In this document: positions 54,415-63,991 of the stretch, piece by piece
Numbering within the stretch: position 1 is the first letter of the stretch
Layout: every line of letters begins with the position of its first letter
NCBI GenBank assembly: GCA_964421635.1
Contig: CAYQWZ010000005.1
Coordinates: 2,748-66,747 of the forward strand
Length of the DNA stretch: 64,000 nucleotides
Direction: 5' to 3'
Origin: an uncultured Candidatus Saccharibacteria bacterium
GTDB lineage: Bacteria > Patescibacteriota > UBA1384 > CAILIB01 > JAUSJZ01
Position numbers and translations under genes: made by a program
Notes under the pieces: model-generated
The model's database searches: none
Told to the model about the DNA's origin: nothing
Seen by the model: only the letters and a program-made list of their open reading frames with translations

Positions 54415-55947
54415 ATGAATGAAAAAAATTCTGAAGCTAATATAGTTGCCGCTAGAGCGCAAAAACTCAATCGCCTGAAGAAACAAAAGATTAACGCCTA
54501 TCCTTCTGCTGCTGTTCCTCACACTCCGCTGGCCGAAGTTTTGGCGCACGCCAAAAGACATTGCAAAACTCCTGAGTTTGAAGACAAGGAGAGTTTTTCG
54601 GTAGCTGGCCGTGTGCGAGCCATTCGCGGGCAAGGTAAAATTGTTTTTATTGATTTAGCCGATGTCGACACCCGCATGCAAATAGTGGCCAAGGCAGATG
54701 TTTTAGAAGAAGAACAGAAATTAATACCCCTACTAGATATTGGCGATTTTATTTGGGTTGAAGGAAACACTTTTTGCACCAAGCGCGGTGAACATTCTAT
54801 TGCTGCCCAAAGTCTAAAAATTCTAACTAAATCTATGCGGCCTCTACCAGATAAATGGAGCGGCTTAAAAGATCAAGAAACGCGTCAAAGACAGCGCTAT
54901 GTAGATTTAATTATGAACCCCGAGGTAAGACAGTTATTTCAATTGCGAAGCCAATTTATGCAACATTTTCGCAACGCCATAATCAATCAAAAATTTCTAG
55001 AAGTTGAAACACCTGTTTTGGAGCATGTTCCAGGCGGCGCTGACGCCGAGCCTTTCTCAACTCACCACCAAAGTTTAGACATTGACCTTTATTTGCGAAT
55101 ATCCTTGGAGCTTCATTTGAAGCGCGTTATGGTTGGCGGATTAGAAAGAGTATTTGAAATTGGTCGGGTCTTTAGAAATGAAGGGATGAGCACCCAGCAT
55201 TTGCAGGAGTTCACCATGCTAGAGTTTTATTGGGCTTACAACGACTACAACACCTTAATGGAGATGGTTGAACAGCTCTACGCCGAAGTTATTAAAAAAA
55301 CTTTCGGCAGTACCGTTATCAAGCGCCAAAGTAAACCAGATTTAGATTTCACTCCACCTTGGCCGCGCACTAGCTACGCCGAAGCAGTTAGAAAACATTC
55401 CGGCGTCGATATTATTAAAGCCTCAGATAGCGCCATCACGGATGCTCTAAAAAAACTAAAAGTTCAGCCGGTTGCTGGTCGAGCTCGCCAAATTGATCAG
55501 CTATACAAAAAAACCACCCGCCCTCATTTAGATAAAGTCCAGTTTTTAATTGATCCTCCTTTAATTTTGTCGCCTTTGGCCAAACCGCACGCTGATAACG
55601 ACCAGCTAGCCGAGCGATTCTGGGTTTTGTTAGATGGCGCCGAGGTTGGTAACGGATTTTCCGAACTAAATGACCCAACTGACCAAAAAGCTCGCTTTGA
55701 AGAGCAAGAAAAGATGCGGCTAGAGGGTGATGACGAAGCCCAGAGAATGGATCACGACTATGTTCGCGCCTTAGAATACGGCATGCCGCCAGCCGCCGGT
55801 TTTGGCGTAGGCATTGACCGGCTGTTTTCAATCCTTGCTAATCAGGAGTCAATTCGCGATGTGGTGCTGTTCCCAACTATGAGACCGGAGCGAGAAGAAG
55901 TCGCCGCGAAAATTAATAAATCAGCTAAAATAAAGAAGGATGAATAA
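54415..55947 (+). CDS. lysS: lysine--tRNA ligase (class II)
   Basis: N-terminal OB anticodon-binding domain, class II motifs (..RVFEIGRVFRNEG.., ..GGADAEPF.., ..GFGVGIDRL..). Confidence 0.9.
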   Translation: MNEKNSEANIVAARAQKLNRLKKQKINAYPSAAVPHTPLAEVLAHAKRHCKTPEFEDKESFSVAGRVRAIRGQGKIVFIDLADVDTRMQIVAKADVLEEEQKLIPLLDIGDFIWVEGNTFCTKRGEHSIAAQSLKILTKSMRPLPDKWSGLKDQETRQRQRYVDLIMNPEVRQLFQLRSQFMQHFRNAIINQKFLEVETPVLEHVPGGADAEPFSTHHQSLDIDLYLRISLELHLKRVMVGGLERVFEIGRVFRNEGMSTQHLQEFTMLEFYWAYNDYNTLMEMVEQLYAEVIKKTFGSTVIKRQSKPDLDFTPPWPRTSYAEAVRKHSGVDIIKASDSAITDALKKLKVQPVAGRARQIDQLYKKTTRPHLDKVQFLIDPPLILSPLAKPHADNDQLAERFWVLLDGAEVGNGFSELNDPTDQKARFEEQEKMRLEGDDEAQRMDHDYVRALEYGMPPAAGFGVGIDRLFSILANQESIRDVVLFPTMRPEREEVAAKINKSAKIKKDE

Positions 55948-56254
55948 ACCAAACAGATTACAGCTAGCCAATATTTTCGTTTACACAGGCATCTTGGCCA
56001 TGCTTTGGTCATTAATTACTATCACTTCGGGCACCTATATTGTCATTGTTAATTCTGTTATTGGAGGCGTTCTATTAATTTGGGTGGCTTCAAAACTGCG
56101 TGCCGAAAAACAGTGGGCCCGCGATGTTTTACTAGTACTGACAATTCTAATGACCTTAATGGCAATTTTCACTCTGCTTGGCGGTTTTAGTTTATTATGG
56201 ATCGCCATCGGCGCTCTCAGCATTTATCTTATTTGGGGATTGAAGGATATATAA
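55940..56254 (+). CDS. small polytopic membrane protein
   Basis: 104 aa, three TM helices, overlaps lysS stop by 8 nt. Confidence 0.5.
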   Translation: MNKPNRLQLANIFVYTGILAMLWSLITITSGTYIVIVNSVIGGVLLIWVASKLRAEKQWARDVLLVLTILMTLMAIFTLLGGFSLLWIAIGALSIYLIWGLKDI

Positions 56255-56306
56255 TTCTACTTTTGTCAACAGTTTTTATGGGCTATACTAGGTTTGTTAA
56301 AGATTT

Positions 56307-57593
56307 ATGTTAGATATTAATTTTATTCGCGACAATCAAGAGCAAGTGCGGGCTGGCATCGCCAAAAAACAGCTCGATGAAGGCTTAGTAGCCGAAGTTT
56401 TACAGTTGGATGAAACGCGCCGCGAGCTTTTGGGCAAACTACAAGAGAAGCAGGCCCGGCAGAATAAGCTGTCCGTTGAGATTGCGAAGCAGCACGGTGG
56501 GAAAAAGATTGAACTAATAAATGAGGCCGGGCCGTTAGCTGAAGATATTAAAGAATTAAAACCCGAGCTGGAAAAAACGGAAGATGAATACAAAAATGTT
56601 TTGCTGCAAATCCCTAATATTCCAGATAAAGATGTACCCGAAGGCAAAAATGAAGACGACAACAAAGAGCTCCGCCAAGAAGGCAAAAAGCCTGAATTTA
56701 AATTTAAGCCAAGGTCGCACGAAGATTTAATGGAAGAGCTCGACTTGGTAGATTTTCATCAAGCCGCAAAAGTGGCGGGCAATAAATTTTACTATCTCAA
56801 AGGTGACGCGGTGCTTTTAGAGATGGCAATCTTTCGTTACGCTATGGACAAGCTAGTTAAAAAAGGATTTATCCCTCTGATGCCGCCAGATTTGGTGCGC
56901 TATGAAGCCATGGTTGGTGCCGCTCACTTTCCGCCCGAAGACGACGCCTATAAAATTCCGGAAGATAATCTGTATTTAGCCGGTACTGCTGAAGTAGGAT
57001 TGGCTAATTATCACGCCGGCCAAGCCCTGCCCGAAGAACAGCTGCCAAAACGCTACGCTGGCTTCTCCGCCTGTTTCCGTCGTGAAGCTGGGGCTCACGG
57101 CCAAAAAGGGTCAGGATTGTACCGCATCCATCAATTTCATAAAATTGAAATGTTTTCGTTTACTCGACCCGAAGACAGCACCAAAGAGCACGAACTTTTA
57201 TTAGCCATCGCTGAAGAGATGCTGAAAGAATTAGGTTTGCATTACCGAGTCGTTTTGAACTGTGGTGGAGATTTAGGAATGCCGCAAGCCAAAAAGTGGG
57301 ATATCGAGTGTCACATTCCATCTGACGATAGTTGGGGCGAAACGCATTCTTGTTCTAACGACACAGATTATCAGGCACGCCGCCTAAATATTAAAATCAA
57401 GCGTAGTTCAAAAGGCCAGACAGAAACCGCCAAAGAGGCCAAATTTGTACACACTCTCAACAATACCGCTTTCGCTTCTCCTCGCATTTTGGTACCCCTT
57501 ATTGAACAGAATCAGCAAAAAGATGGTTCAATCGCTATTCCCAAACCACTCCAAAAATATACCGGATTTTCTGAAATCCGTCTGGCTGAATAA
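56307..57593 (+). CDS. serS: serine--tRNA ligase
   Basis: N-terminal coiled-coil arm, class II core (..FRREAGAHG.., ..GETHSCSN..). Confidence 0.9.
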   Translation: MLDINFIRDNQEQVRAGIAKKQLDEGLVAEVLQLDETRRELLGKLQEKQARQNKLSVEIAKQHGGKKIELINEAGPLAEDIKELKPELEKTEDEYKNVLLQIPNIPDKDVPEGKNEDDNKELRQEGKKPEFKFKPRSHEDLMEELDLVDFHQAAKVAGNKFYYLKGDAVLLEMAIFRYAMDKLVKKGFIPLMPPDLVRYEAMVGAAHFPPEDDAYKIPEDNLYLAGTAEVGLANYHAGQALPEEQLPKRYAGFSACFRREAGAHGQKGSGLYRIHQFHKIEMFSFTRPEDSTKEHELLLAIAEEMLKELGLHYRVVLNCGGDLGMPQAKKWDIECHIPSDDSWGETHSCSNDTDYQARRLNIKIKRSSKGQTETAKEAKFVHTLNNTAFASPRILVPLIEQNQQKDGSIAIPKPLQKYTGFSEIRLAE

Positions 57594-57834
57594 TGGCTGC
57601 GCATCCAATGCAGTTTGTTTGAACGAGGTTATCATAGTCCGCAGCCTTGCTACGCAAGTCTGCTCCTTACGGAGCCAATCAAAGATTGTCTCCTAAACAT
57701 AGTCTGCTTTTTAATATTAAGAATTTCATACAGACTGCATTGGACTGCCAGCTCCCAAACACTCCCTGCACAATAAAAAAACCGGCCGTTATTGGGTCAG
57801 TTTGGACCTGCTCATAATTTTTGTCAAAGCGAAA

Positions 57835-57860
57835 GGCGCGCCCGCAGGCGCGCCTTTTTT
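57835..57860 (+). terminator. intrinsic terminator (self-complementary GGCGCGCC-cgca-GGCGCGCC + T6)
   Basis: Perfect 8-bp GC stem followed by TTTTTTGG; preceded by A-run so could act bidirectionally. Confidence 0.7.
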
Positions 57861-57895
57861 GGTTGTCGCTATTGCGACTGTTACATGGTTGTCTC

Positions 57896-58357
57896 CTAGG
57901 GAGTGTCGAGTCGGGAGGGGTAGGTGTAGATTCGGTCGAGCCTCCAGTCTCGGTTGGGACAGATTTCCACCAGATCGTCTGCAACCAACCTGCCCTCAGC
58001 GTAGCCAGCATTGGGGCCGTCGATAGCGAGCAGACGAATCTTGTAGACATAGGTGCCCAATCGCAGCCCCGTCAGGTCGTGATTCTTCTCATACGACCTG
58101 ATTCCAGCCTGCATTGTCTTCAAGCGAACAGGCGGTGCATCGCCGCACTGCACTGTCAGTTGAAAATACTGCCCTTCGGGTTCGTCGGGAACATCCCCGC
58201 GAATCCGAATCTGTGCATGGAACGGACCGGGTGTGTTGAGCCCATCCACCCAGACATTGCCGCCGGAGCCACAACCCATCAGGCTCGTAAGGAGCACCGA
58301 CAGGATCAGAGTGGCCACGCTTCGCGTGGCCTTCTTGCCAAACCTTCGCATGGCCAT
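57896..58357 (-). CDS. GC-rich putative lipoprotein
   Basis: RBS AGGAGGAGG upstream of ATG at 58357; signal peptide with lipobox LMGC; 153 aa. Confidence 0.6.
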   Translation of the reverse strand: MAMRRFGKKATRSVATLILSVLLTSLMGCGSGGNVWVDGLNTPGPFHAQIRIRGDVPDEPEGQYFQLTVQCGDAPPVRLKTMQAGIRSYEKNHDLTGLRLGTYVYKIRLLAIDGPNAGYAEGRLVADDLVEICPNRDWRLDRIYTYPSRLDTP

Positions 58358-58416
58358 CCTCCTCCTTCTGAATGTTGTTCAGATTGCTGGCGCTACTATA
58401 ACATAAAATACCCCTT

Positions 58417-58878
58417 TTGTCAAGGTACAGGGCCTTATTGCTATTAGCCATTCAACCTGTTAGTTTGGCTTTATTGGGAACGCCCAATACAAGGAGAGAG
58501 CCCTTGCCGGAAGCGGCCTCAGACAACAGACAAAAGGTACTCGAAGCAATCGGCCGGTTTGAAGCAGAAGGATCAATAGCACGCACTGAAACAGATAGAA
58601 GAATCTTTCTCATTGTTTATGATGGTGATCTGTTGGTAGATGTTCCGGATATCGCTTTTGACAACAGATTCTCATTCACTATTGAAGTCATTCCTGACAA
58701 CACAGTGATCGTCTCTCAATCACACCGATCGTTTAAGGCACTAGGTAAGACTGTAGGATTTGTACTTCGCAACCTATTCGCCAACTATGATGTCTGGGAA
58801 AATACAGCTATCTCTGGCCGGCTCAAACCAGATGTCACCATTGAAGATGTCATCGCCACAGTTCAGCGAGAGTTCTAA
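58417..58878 (+). CDS. hypothetical protein, GC-elevated
   Basis: 153-aa ORF followed by terminator hairpin; antiparallel to neighbours. Confidence 0.5.
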   Translation: MSRYRALLLLAIQPVSLALLGTPNTRREPLPEAASDNRQKVLEAIGRFEAEGSIARTETDRRIFLIVYDGDLLVDVPDIAFDNRFSFTIEVIPDNTVIVSQSHRSFKALGKTVGFVLRNLFANYDVWENTAISGRLKPDVTIEDVIATVQREF

Positions 58879-58934
58879 CCGCAACTCCAGCCGCCCAGTA
58901 CTCACTGGCGGTTTTTTAGTAAAAGAAAACCGCC

Positions 58935-58965
58935 CCGCGTACAGCTTTTGCGGGGCGGTCGTGGG
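58935..58965 (-). terminator. intrinsic terminator of 58997-59620
   Basis: CCGCCCCGC-n13-GCGGGGCGG followed by T-rich run on minus strand. Confidence 0.6.
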
Positions 58966-58996
58966 TCGGGCGCTAGATCTGGGTGGTCTCGGTCAC

Positions 58997-59620
58997 CTAG
59001 TCGGCGATCGCGTACCCGGGCAACCGTTTCCAGTTGACCGGGATGTCGGTCGGATCGAGAGGGTTAAAACCTCTCTCAATATGATCGGCCTCTTCATACC
59101 GCCGATACTGATCGTCATCTACCAGTCGAGCCCGATTGACTCGCTGGCAGAGATCACGGTAGGCAGCGTGCCGGAAAGGCTCGATATCATGGTTCGGCAG
59201 AGGCTCGGGCAGCGGCAGTCTGGCCGTCGCCCAACCAGTCGGCCGTTCAACACTGTTGAGTCTGGTGGCGTATTGAGCCATGTCCACCATCCAGAATCGT
59301 GCCTCGACCACGAAGCGGTCACTGTCAGGGCCTTCACCACAACGGTGCTCGCCCCCCTCCAGATAGAGATTGGCAACATCTTCGCCCCTGACCTCAATCA
59401 GGATGTCCCGTCGTAGCCGCGCCGTGTAGGGCAAACACTCGAAGGCTGGGTGGAACAGCGGACAGTCCACGACTGTCGAGAAGATCTCGATATCCCCTTC
59501 ACCAAAATGGTGTCTGGGCACTCCAACCTTCTTTCTGGTCACTTGGTGACCGTCTTGGACCTTAACAGGCAGGTTAAACCTAACAAGGATTTCGCTCTCA
59601 GACTGCCAATACTCTAGCAA
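58997..59620 (-). CDS. hypothetical protein, GC-elevated
   Basis: 207-aa ORF; no homology recognised. Confidence 0.55.
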   Translation of the reverse strand: MLEYWQSESEILVRFNLPVKVQDGHQVTRKKVGVPRHHFGEGDIEIFSTVVDCPLFHPAFECLPYTARLRRDILIEVRGEDVANLYLEGGEHRCGEGPDSDRFVVEARFWMVDMAQYATRLNSVERPTGWATARLPLPEPLPNHDIEPFRHAAYRDLCQRVNRARLVDDDQYRRYEEADHIERGFNPLDPTDIPVNWKRLPGYAIAD

Positions 59621-59715
59621 AAAACCGCCTTCCTGTCAATCTCTTGGCACTAGTAATTTTGCTAATTAAATGCTAGTCTATAACTCGTCTGGTTAAGGTA
59701 GGCTACAATAAATAT

Positions 59716-62700
59716 ATGGCTCATTTCTTAGACAAATTATTCGGTGATCCTAACTCCAAAGCGCTTAAGCGCCTACAAGTTGAAGTTGAGCAAATTAACC
59801 AGTTAGAGCCCGAATTAGAGAAGCTGGAAGATAATCAGCTGAAAGAGCGAGCGCAGGCACTGCACGAGCGGGTTTTGGGCGAGCTAAAATACAATCTTAA
59901 AGAACAATTACCAGATTTAACCTACAAACTCTACCAGAAGGAACAGAAAATCCTTGATTCAGTCAAAATTGAAGCTTTCGCCCTTACGCGAGAAGCAGCC
60001 AAAAGAGTACTAGGAGAACGCCCTTTTGATGTTCAGTTAATGGCCGGATTAGCTTTGCACGAAGGAAAAGTAGCTGAACAAAAAACGGGTGAAGGAAAAA
60101 CTTTATCTGCTACGCTGCCAATATTTCTGAATGCTCTGACTGGTCGCGGCGCCCATGTAATTACAGTTAACGACTACTTGGCCAAACGCGACGCTGGCTG
60201 GATGGGACAAATTTATGACTTTTTAGGATTATCCGTTGGTTGTCTAGCCCATCAAACTAGCTATAAATTCTCAACCGAAGCTTTCGAAGAAGAGAACGAG
60301 AGTGAAGCACCCGCCAATGAAGACCCAACAGATGAGAATAATCCTACGCTAAACTTGGTGCCTATTTCTCGACCTGAAGCTTACCGACTAGACATTACCT
60401 ACGGTACGAACTCAGAGTTCGGTTTTGACTATTTGCGCGATAATATGGCACCTGCCAAAAAGTTCTTGCGTCAACGCGATTTGGTTTACTGTATTATCGA
60501 CGAAGTTGACTCAATTTTAATTGATGAAGCACGCACCCCTTTAATTATCTCAGCACCGGCTGAAGAGAGCGGCGATTTATACACCAAATTTTCACAATTG
60601 GTGCCGCGTTTAGCTGGCGAAGATTTTACAGTTGATGAGAAAGAACGGGCTGTGCGCCTAAAAGATAGCGGCATGAAAAAAATGCAGGATTGGCTCGAAG
60701 TAGAAAGTCTGTACGAAGACGAGAATGTACTTTTAGTTCACCATTTAGAAGAAGCGCTGAAAGCAGAATATTTGTTTAAGAAAGATAAAGATTATGTGGT
60801 GCGCAATGACGAAGTTATGATTGTGGATGAGTTCACGGGTCGCATGATGCCAGGGCGTCGTTATTCAGAAGGATTACATCAAGCTATCGAAGCTAAGGAA
60901 GGTGTTTTAGTTCAGCGCGAATCTGACACATTGGCCACCATTTCTATTCAGAATTACTTTAGGCTTTATTATAAGATGTCTGGAATGACAGGTACAGCCA
61001 AAACAGAAGAAGAAGAGTTTATAAAAATCTACAATATGGAAGTCGTAGCCGTACCGACCAACCGACCCGTTATTCGGTCTGATCAGAGCGATAAAATTTA
61101 TTTAAATGAGCAAGCTAAGTTCAGAGCCATTATTGAAGAGATTAAAACGCGGCGTGAACAGGGTCAGCCAATGCTAATTGGTACAATTTCGGTTGAAAAG
61201 AATGAATTGTTTTCAAAGCTGTTAAAAAAAGCTAAAATCCCACACGAAATTTTAAACGCTAAAAACCATAAAAAAGAGGCTGGAATTATCGCCAATGCCG
61301 GCCGGCCAAGAGCTGTCACCTTGGCTACCAACATGGCCGGCCGGGGTACTAACATTGTTTTAGGTGGCGCTCCGCCAGAACAAGCAGATAAAAAGAAATA
61401 TCGGGAGTGGGAAGACTCTCGCACCGCCGCTATTGAAGCAGGAGGCTTATTAGTCATTGGTACGGAGCGCCACGAATCCCGTCGCATCGACAACCAGATG
61501 CGTGGTCGTTCTGGTCGTCAGGGAGAGCCGGGTGAATCCATCTTCTATGTCTCTATGGACGACGATTTAATGCGCATTTTTGGGGGCGAGAAATTACAAG
61601 GATTAATGCAGCGAACCAATATGCCTGAAGATGTACCAATTCAGAATAATTTAGTTTCTCGCTCAATTGAGCAAGCTCAAAAACGCGTAGAAGGGCACAA
61701 TTTTGATATCCGTCGCCATGTTTTGAAGTACGACGATGTAATGAATAAACACCGCGAAGCTTTGTATAGGCGCCGCAAAGCAGTAATGATGGCGGGCGGA
61801 GATGAAGGCAAAGATTCCGATGACAAATTAAGTCAAGAGCTAAAAGGTCGAGTAAAAAATATAATCCATAATCAAGCAGATAATATTACTCGTCGTTTTA
61901 CCGTTGGCGATAAAACAGAGTGGGATACAAAAGAGTTAATCAAGGAAATCTCCAAATTTGCGCCTATCTCTAAGGAAGATTTAGTCGGCCTAAAAGAGGC
62001 TGTGCAAAATGCCGACGATTCCGAAGAGGCGGCCAAGATTGTTGCTACTGGTATAGTTGAGCGCTATTTAAAACTAGAAGCTGAGCACGGTGAAGAAGAT
62101 CAACGACAGTTAGAGCGCGCTGTAATGCTACGCACAATTGATTCTCTGTGGGTAGAGCATTTAAATGTTATGAACGATCTGCGCCAAGGTGTAGGATTAC
62201 AAGCCGTAGCCCAGAAAGATCCGTTAGTGGTTTATCAACAAGAAGGATACGAACGGTTCCAGCTTTTAATGAGCTCTATTGACTATGAAGCTTCCCGTCG
62301 ACTATTACATTTGCGCAAAGTTGACGCCGCGCAAGCCCAAGCCCAAGCTGCGGCAGCTACTCAGAATAAAAGATTAATCTTACAGGGTGCTTCAGAAGCT
62401 GACACTTCTGGTTCCGCCGGTTTAGCCACTATTAATCAATCGGCACAGCAGCAGGCGGCGGCTCAAAGCCTAGCCGCGGCAGCCGCCGCCTCAGGCCAAA
62501 ACACAGCCGACTCTGCTATCTCTACTCAATCATCCGCAGCTACCAACAACAATTCCAATAATGATGTCGATATTACCGTTCGTAAAGTCTCCGACAAGCT
62601 AGCTTATGAAGGCCGTCGCGGCTCAGATCAATCCTCTATTAAAAACGAGATCGGTAAAAAAGTTGGTCGTAATGACCCCTGCCCCTGTGGCAAAATTAAC

Positions 62701-62748
62701 CCCGCCACAGGTGATGTCTTTAAGTACAAAAAGTGCTGCGGTAAATAG
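59716..62748 (+). CDS. secA: preprotein translocase ATPase SecA (with C-terminal low-complexity A/Q/S-rich insertion and zinc finger)
   Basis: DEAD-like motor motifs, preprotein cross-linking and helical scaffold domains, C-terminal CPCGxxxxxxGxxFKYKKCCG; TACAAT -10 box 8 nt before ATG. Confidence 0.95.
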   Translation: MAHFLDKLFGDPNSKALKRLQVEVEQINQLEPELEKLEDNQLKERAQALHERVLGELKYNLKEQLPDLTYKLYQKEQKILDSVKIEAFALTREAAKRVLGERPFDVQLMAGLALHEGKVAEQKTGEGKTLSATLPIFLNALTGRGAHVITVNDYLAKRDAGWMGQIYDFLGLSVGCLAHQTSYKFSTEAFEEENESEAPANEDPTDENNPTLNLVPISRPEAYRLDITYGTNSEFGFDYLRDNMAPAKKFLRQRDLVYCIIDEVDSILIDEARTPLIISAPAEESGDLYTKFSQLVPRLAGEDFTVDEKERAVRLKDSGMKKMQDWLEVESLYEDENVLLVHHLEEALKAEYLFKKDKDYVVRNDEVMIVDEFTGRMMPGRRYSEGLHQAIEAKEGVLVQRESDTLATISIQNYFRLYYKMSGMTGTAKTEEEEFIKIYNMEVVAVPTNRPVIRSDQSDKIYLNEQAKFRAIIEEIKTRREQGQPMLIGTISVEKNELFSKLLKKAKIPHEILNAKNHKKEAGIIANAGRPRAVTLATNMAGRGTNIVLGGAPPEQADKKKYREWEDSRTAAIEAGGLLVIGTERHESRRIDNQMRGRSGRQGEPGESIFYVSMDDDLMRIFGGEKLQGLMQRTNMPEDVPIQNNLVSRSIEQAQKRVEGHNFDIRRHVLKYDDVMNKHREALYRRRKAVMMAGGDEGKDSDDKLSQELKGRVKNIIHNQADNITRRFTVGDKTEWDTKELIKEISKFAPISKEDLVGLKEAVQNADDSEEAAKIVATGIVERYLKLEAEHGEEDQRQLERAVMLRTIDSLWVEHLNVMNDLRQGVGLQAVAQKDPLVVYQQEGYERFQLLMSSIDYEASRRLLHLRKVDAAQAQAQAAAATQNKRLILQGASEADTSGSAGLATINQSAQQQAAAQSLAAAAAASGQNTADSAISTQSSAATNNNSNNDVDITVRKVSDKLAYEGRRGSDQSSIKNEIGKKVGRNDPCPCGKINPATGDVFKYKKCCGK

Positions 62749-62858
62749 AATATATTGGCAAATTAAATATGGTTTGTCATATAAAATTGTCGCCGCCAAA
62801 AGAAAGAGGCGCGGCTTTGCCGCGCCCTTCTGGGGTTATCCTTTATTGACTTAGGTTG

Positions 62859-63152
62859 TCAGGCCGGGTTCTCAATCGCGTCCCGGCAGGCTCGAATAGC
62901 AGCCCTCTGAATCTGCCTGATTTCATCTTGGTTAAAGCCGAGCGTATTCAGTACTCGATATTCGTCTAGCCGAATGATCCAACGCTCGTCTTTCCAGACA
63001 CTCGCCATTGAATGAATAGTCTGCCCTTCAGATGGCGTCCGGTCGCTCTTGATATGAATTCCTAGCGAAAAACGATAAACACCATTGGGTGCGTCGGGCA
63101 ATCTCTCAACATCTACTCCTGTCACAGTCATAGCGACCTGTTTATTGCTCAT
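62859..63152 (-). CDS. hypothetical protein, GC-elevated
   Basis: 97-aa ORF, overlaps upstream ORF by 11 nt (operon). Confidence 0.5.
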   Translation of the reverse strand: MSNKQVAMTVTGVDVERLPDAPNGVYRFSLGIHIKSDRTPSEGQTIHSMASVWKDERWIIRLDEYRVLNTLGFNQDEIRQIQRAAIRACRDAIENPA

Positions 63153-63564
63153 CCCTCACTCCTTCTCTTTGCTCGAGCTCGGCCTGCTGCTTCTGCTCGA
63201 CTAGCGCCCAGCAGAATTCGCACAACTGACAACAGATCTGATCAAACCAATCTCCTCTATAAGTTAGTTGTTCAACCCAACAAGCACCTATAATCTTGTG
63301 GCTTTCTCTAAGTGTCATATTCACCCGGCCTTCTTCTTCCCAAATAGCCACCTGAGTTTGGATTTGAATTCCATCAGGGTGAATTGCTCCACCTTTGAGA
63401 CAGATCACTACACCAAAGAAATAGACGACCATTTTCTTGCACTCACCCACAACCGTAATCTCGCCATCAATCTGTACAGGATCACACTGAACTGGTTGTT
63501 CACTCAATATGGGTCCTTTCCTGAGCCAAACAAGACTGTTCGGCTTCTGTTGAAAGGCTAGCAA
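63142..63564 (-). CDS. hypothetical Cys-rich protein, GC-elevated
   Basis: 140-aa ORF. Confidence 0.5.
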   Translation of the reverse strand: MLAFQQKPNSLVWLRKGPILSEQPVQCDPVQIDGEITVVGECKKMVVYFFGVVICLKGGAIHPDGIQIQTQVAIWEEEGRVNMTLRESHKIIGACWVEQLTYRGDWFDQICCQLCEFCWALVEQKQQAELEQREGVRDEQ

Positions 63565-63724
63565 ACAGAACTTTTCTTGTCAATGCTACGCCTTGACAAA
63601 AGGGTCTTTTTTTGCTATACTTTCACACAATACCAACTGGGTATGTGGTTCTTTTTGAACCCTTTACCCTAACTGGTATAACCTGAAAAACACAACCTAC
63701 ATCTGTCAATAACTCTATCCGGAT

Positions 63725-63740
63725 AACCGGATTGCCGGTT
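63725..63740. promoter_or_regulatory. palindrome AACCGG-attg-CCGGTT upstream of GC-rich lipoprotein gene (candidate operator)
   Basis: Perfect 6-bp arms, 37 nt upstream of ATG 63777. Confidence 0.35.
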
Positions 63741-63776
63741 GGGTCTATACCCCAACCAGTCCCTAGGAGGGACAAA

Positions 63777-63991
63777 ATGTTTCGACTCAGCAACCTTCGT
63801 GGACTGCTCAACGGCACCATGAAACACGGTGCCTCCGAGCAGCGATTCATCAACCGCATCTGGCTGGCCATGGTGTTGGCGGCCATGGTGGTCGCCAACC
63901 TCGCCAACACCGGTTGCGGTAGTGGGGCGTCCGATCTGGGCGCCCTCACCGACACCGAGCAGACCGGCGACACCACGCCGACCACGCCCAC
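63777..63991 (+). CDS. very GC-rich (~65%) putative lipoprotein, 5' part (continues beyond window)
   Basis: RBS TAGGAGGG 6 nt before ATG; MFRLSNLRGLLNGTMKHGASEQRFINRIWLAMVLAAMVVANLANTGC lipobox, then Thr/Pro-rich linker; preferred over antisense ORF 63623-63991. Confidence 0.5.

Noticed and set aside
57821-58451. 208-aa plus-strand ORF and 120-aa minus-strand ORF overlapping the GC-rich lipoprotein gene
   Set aside because: High GC produces long open frames; only the 57896-58357 minus ORF has a strong RBS and a signal peptide/lipobox
63623-63991. 122-aa minus-strand ORF at the window end
   Set aside because: Antisense to a plus-strand ORF that has a perfect RBS and lipoprotein signal peptide; region is ~65% GC so antisense frames are open by chance
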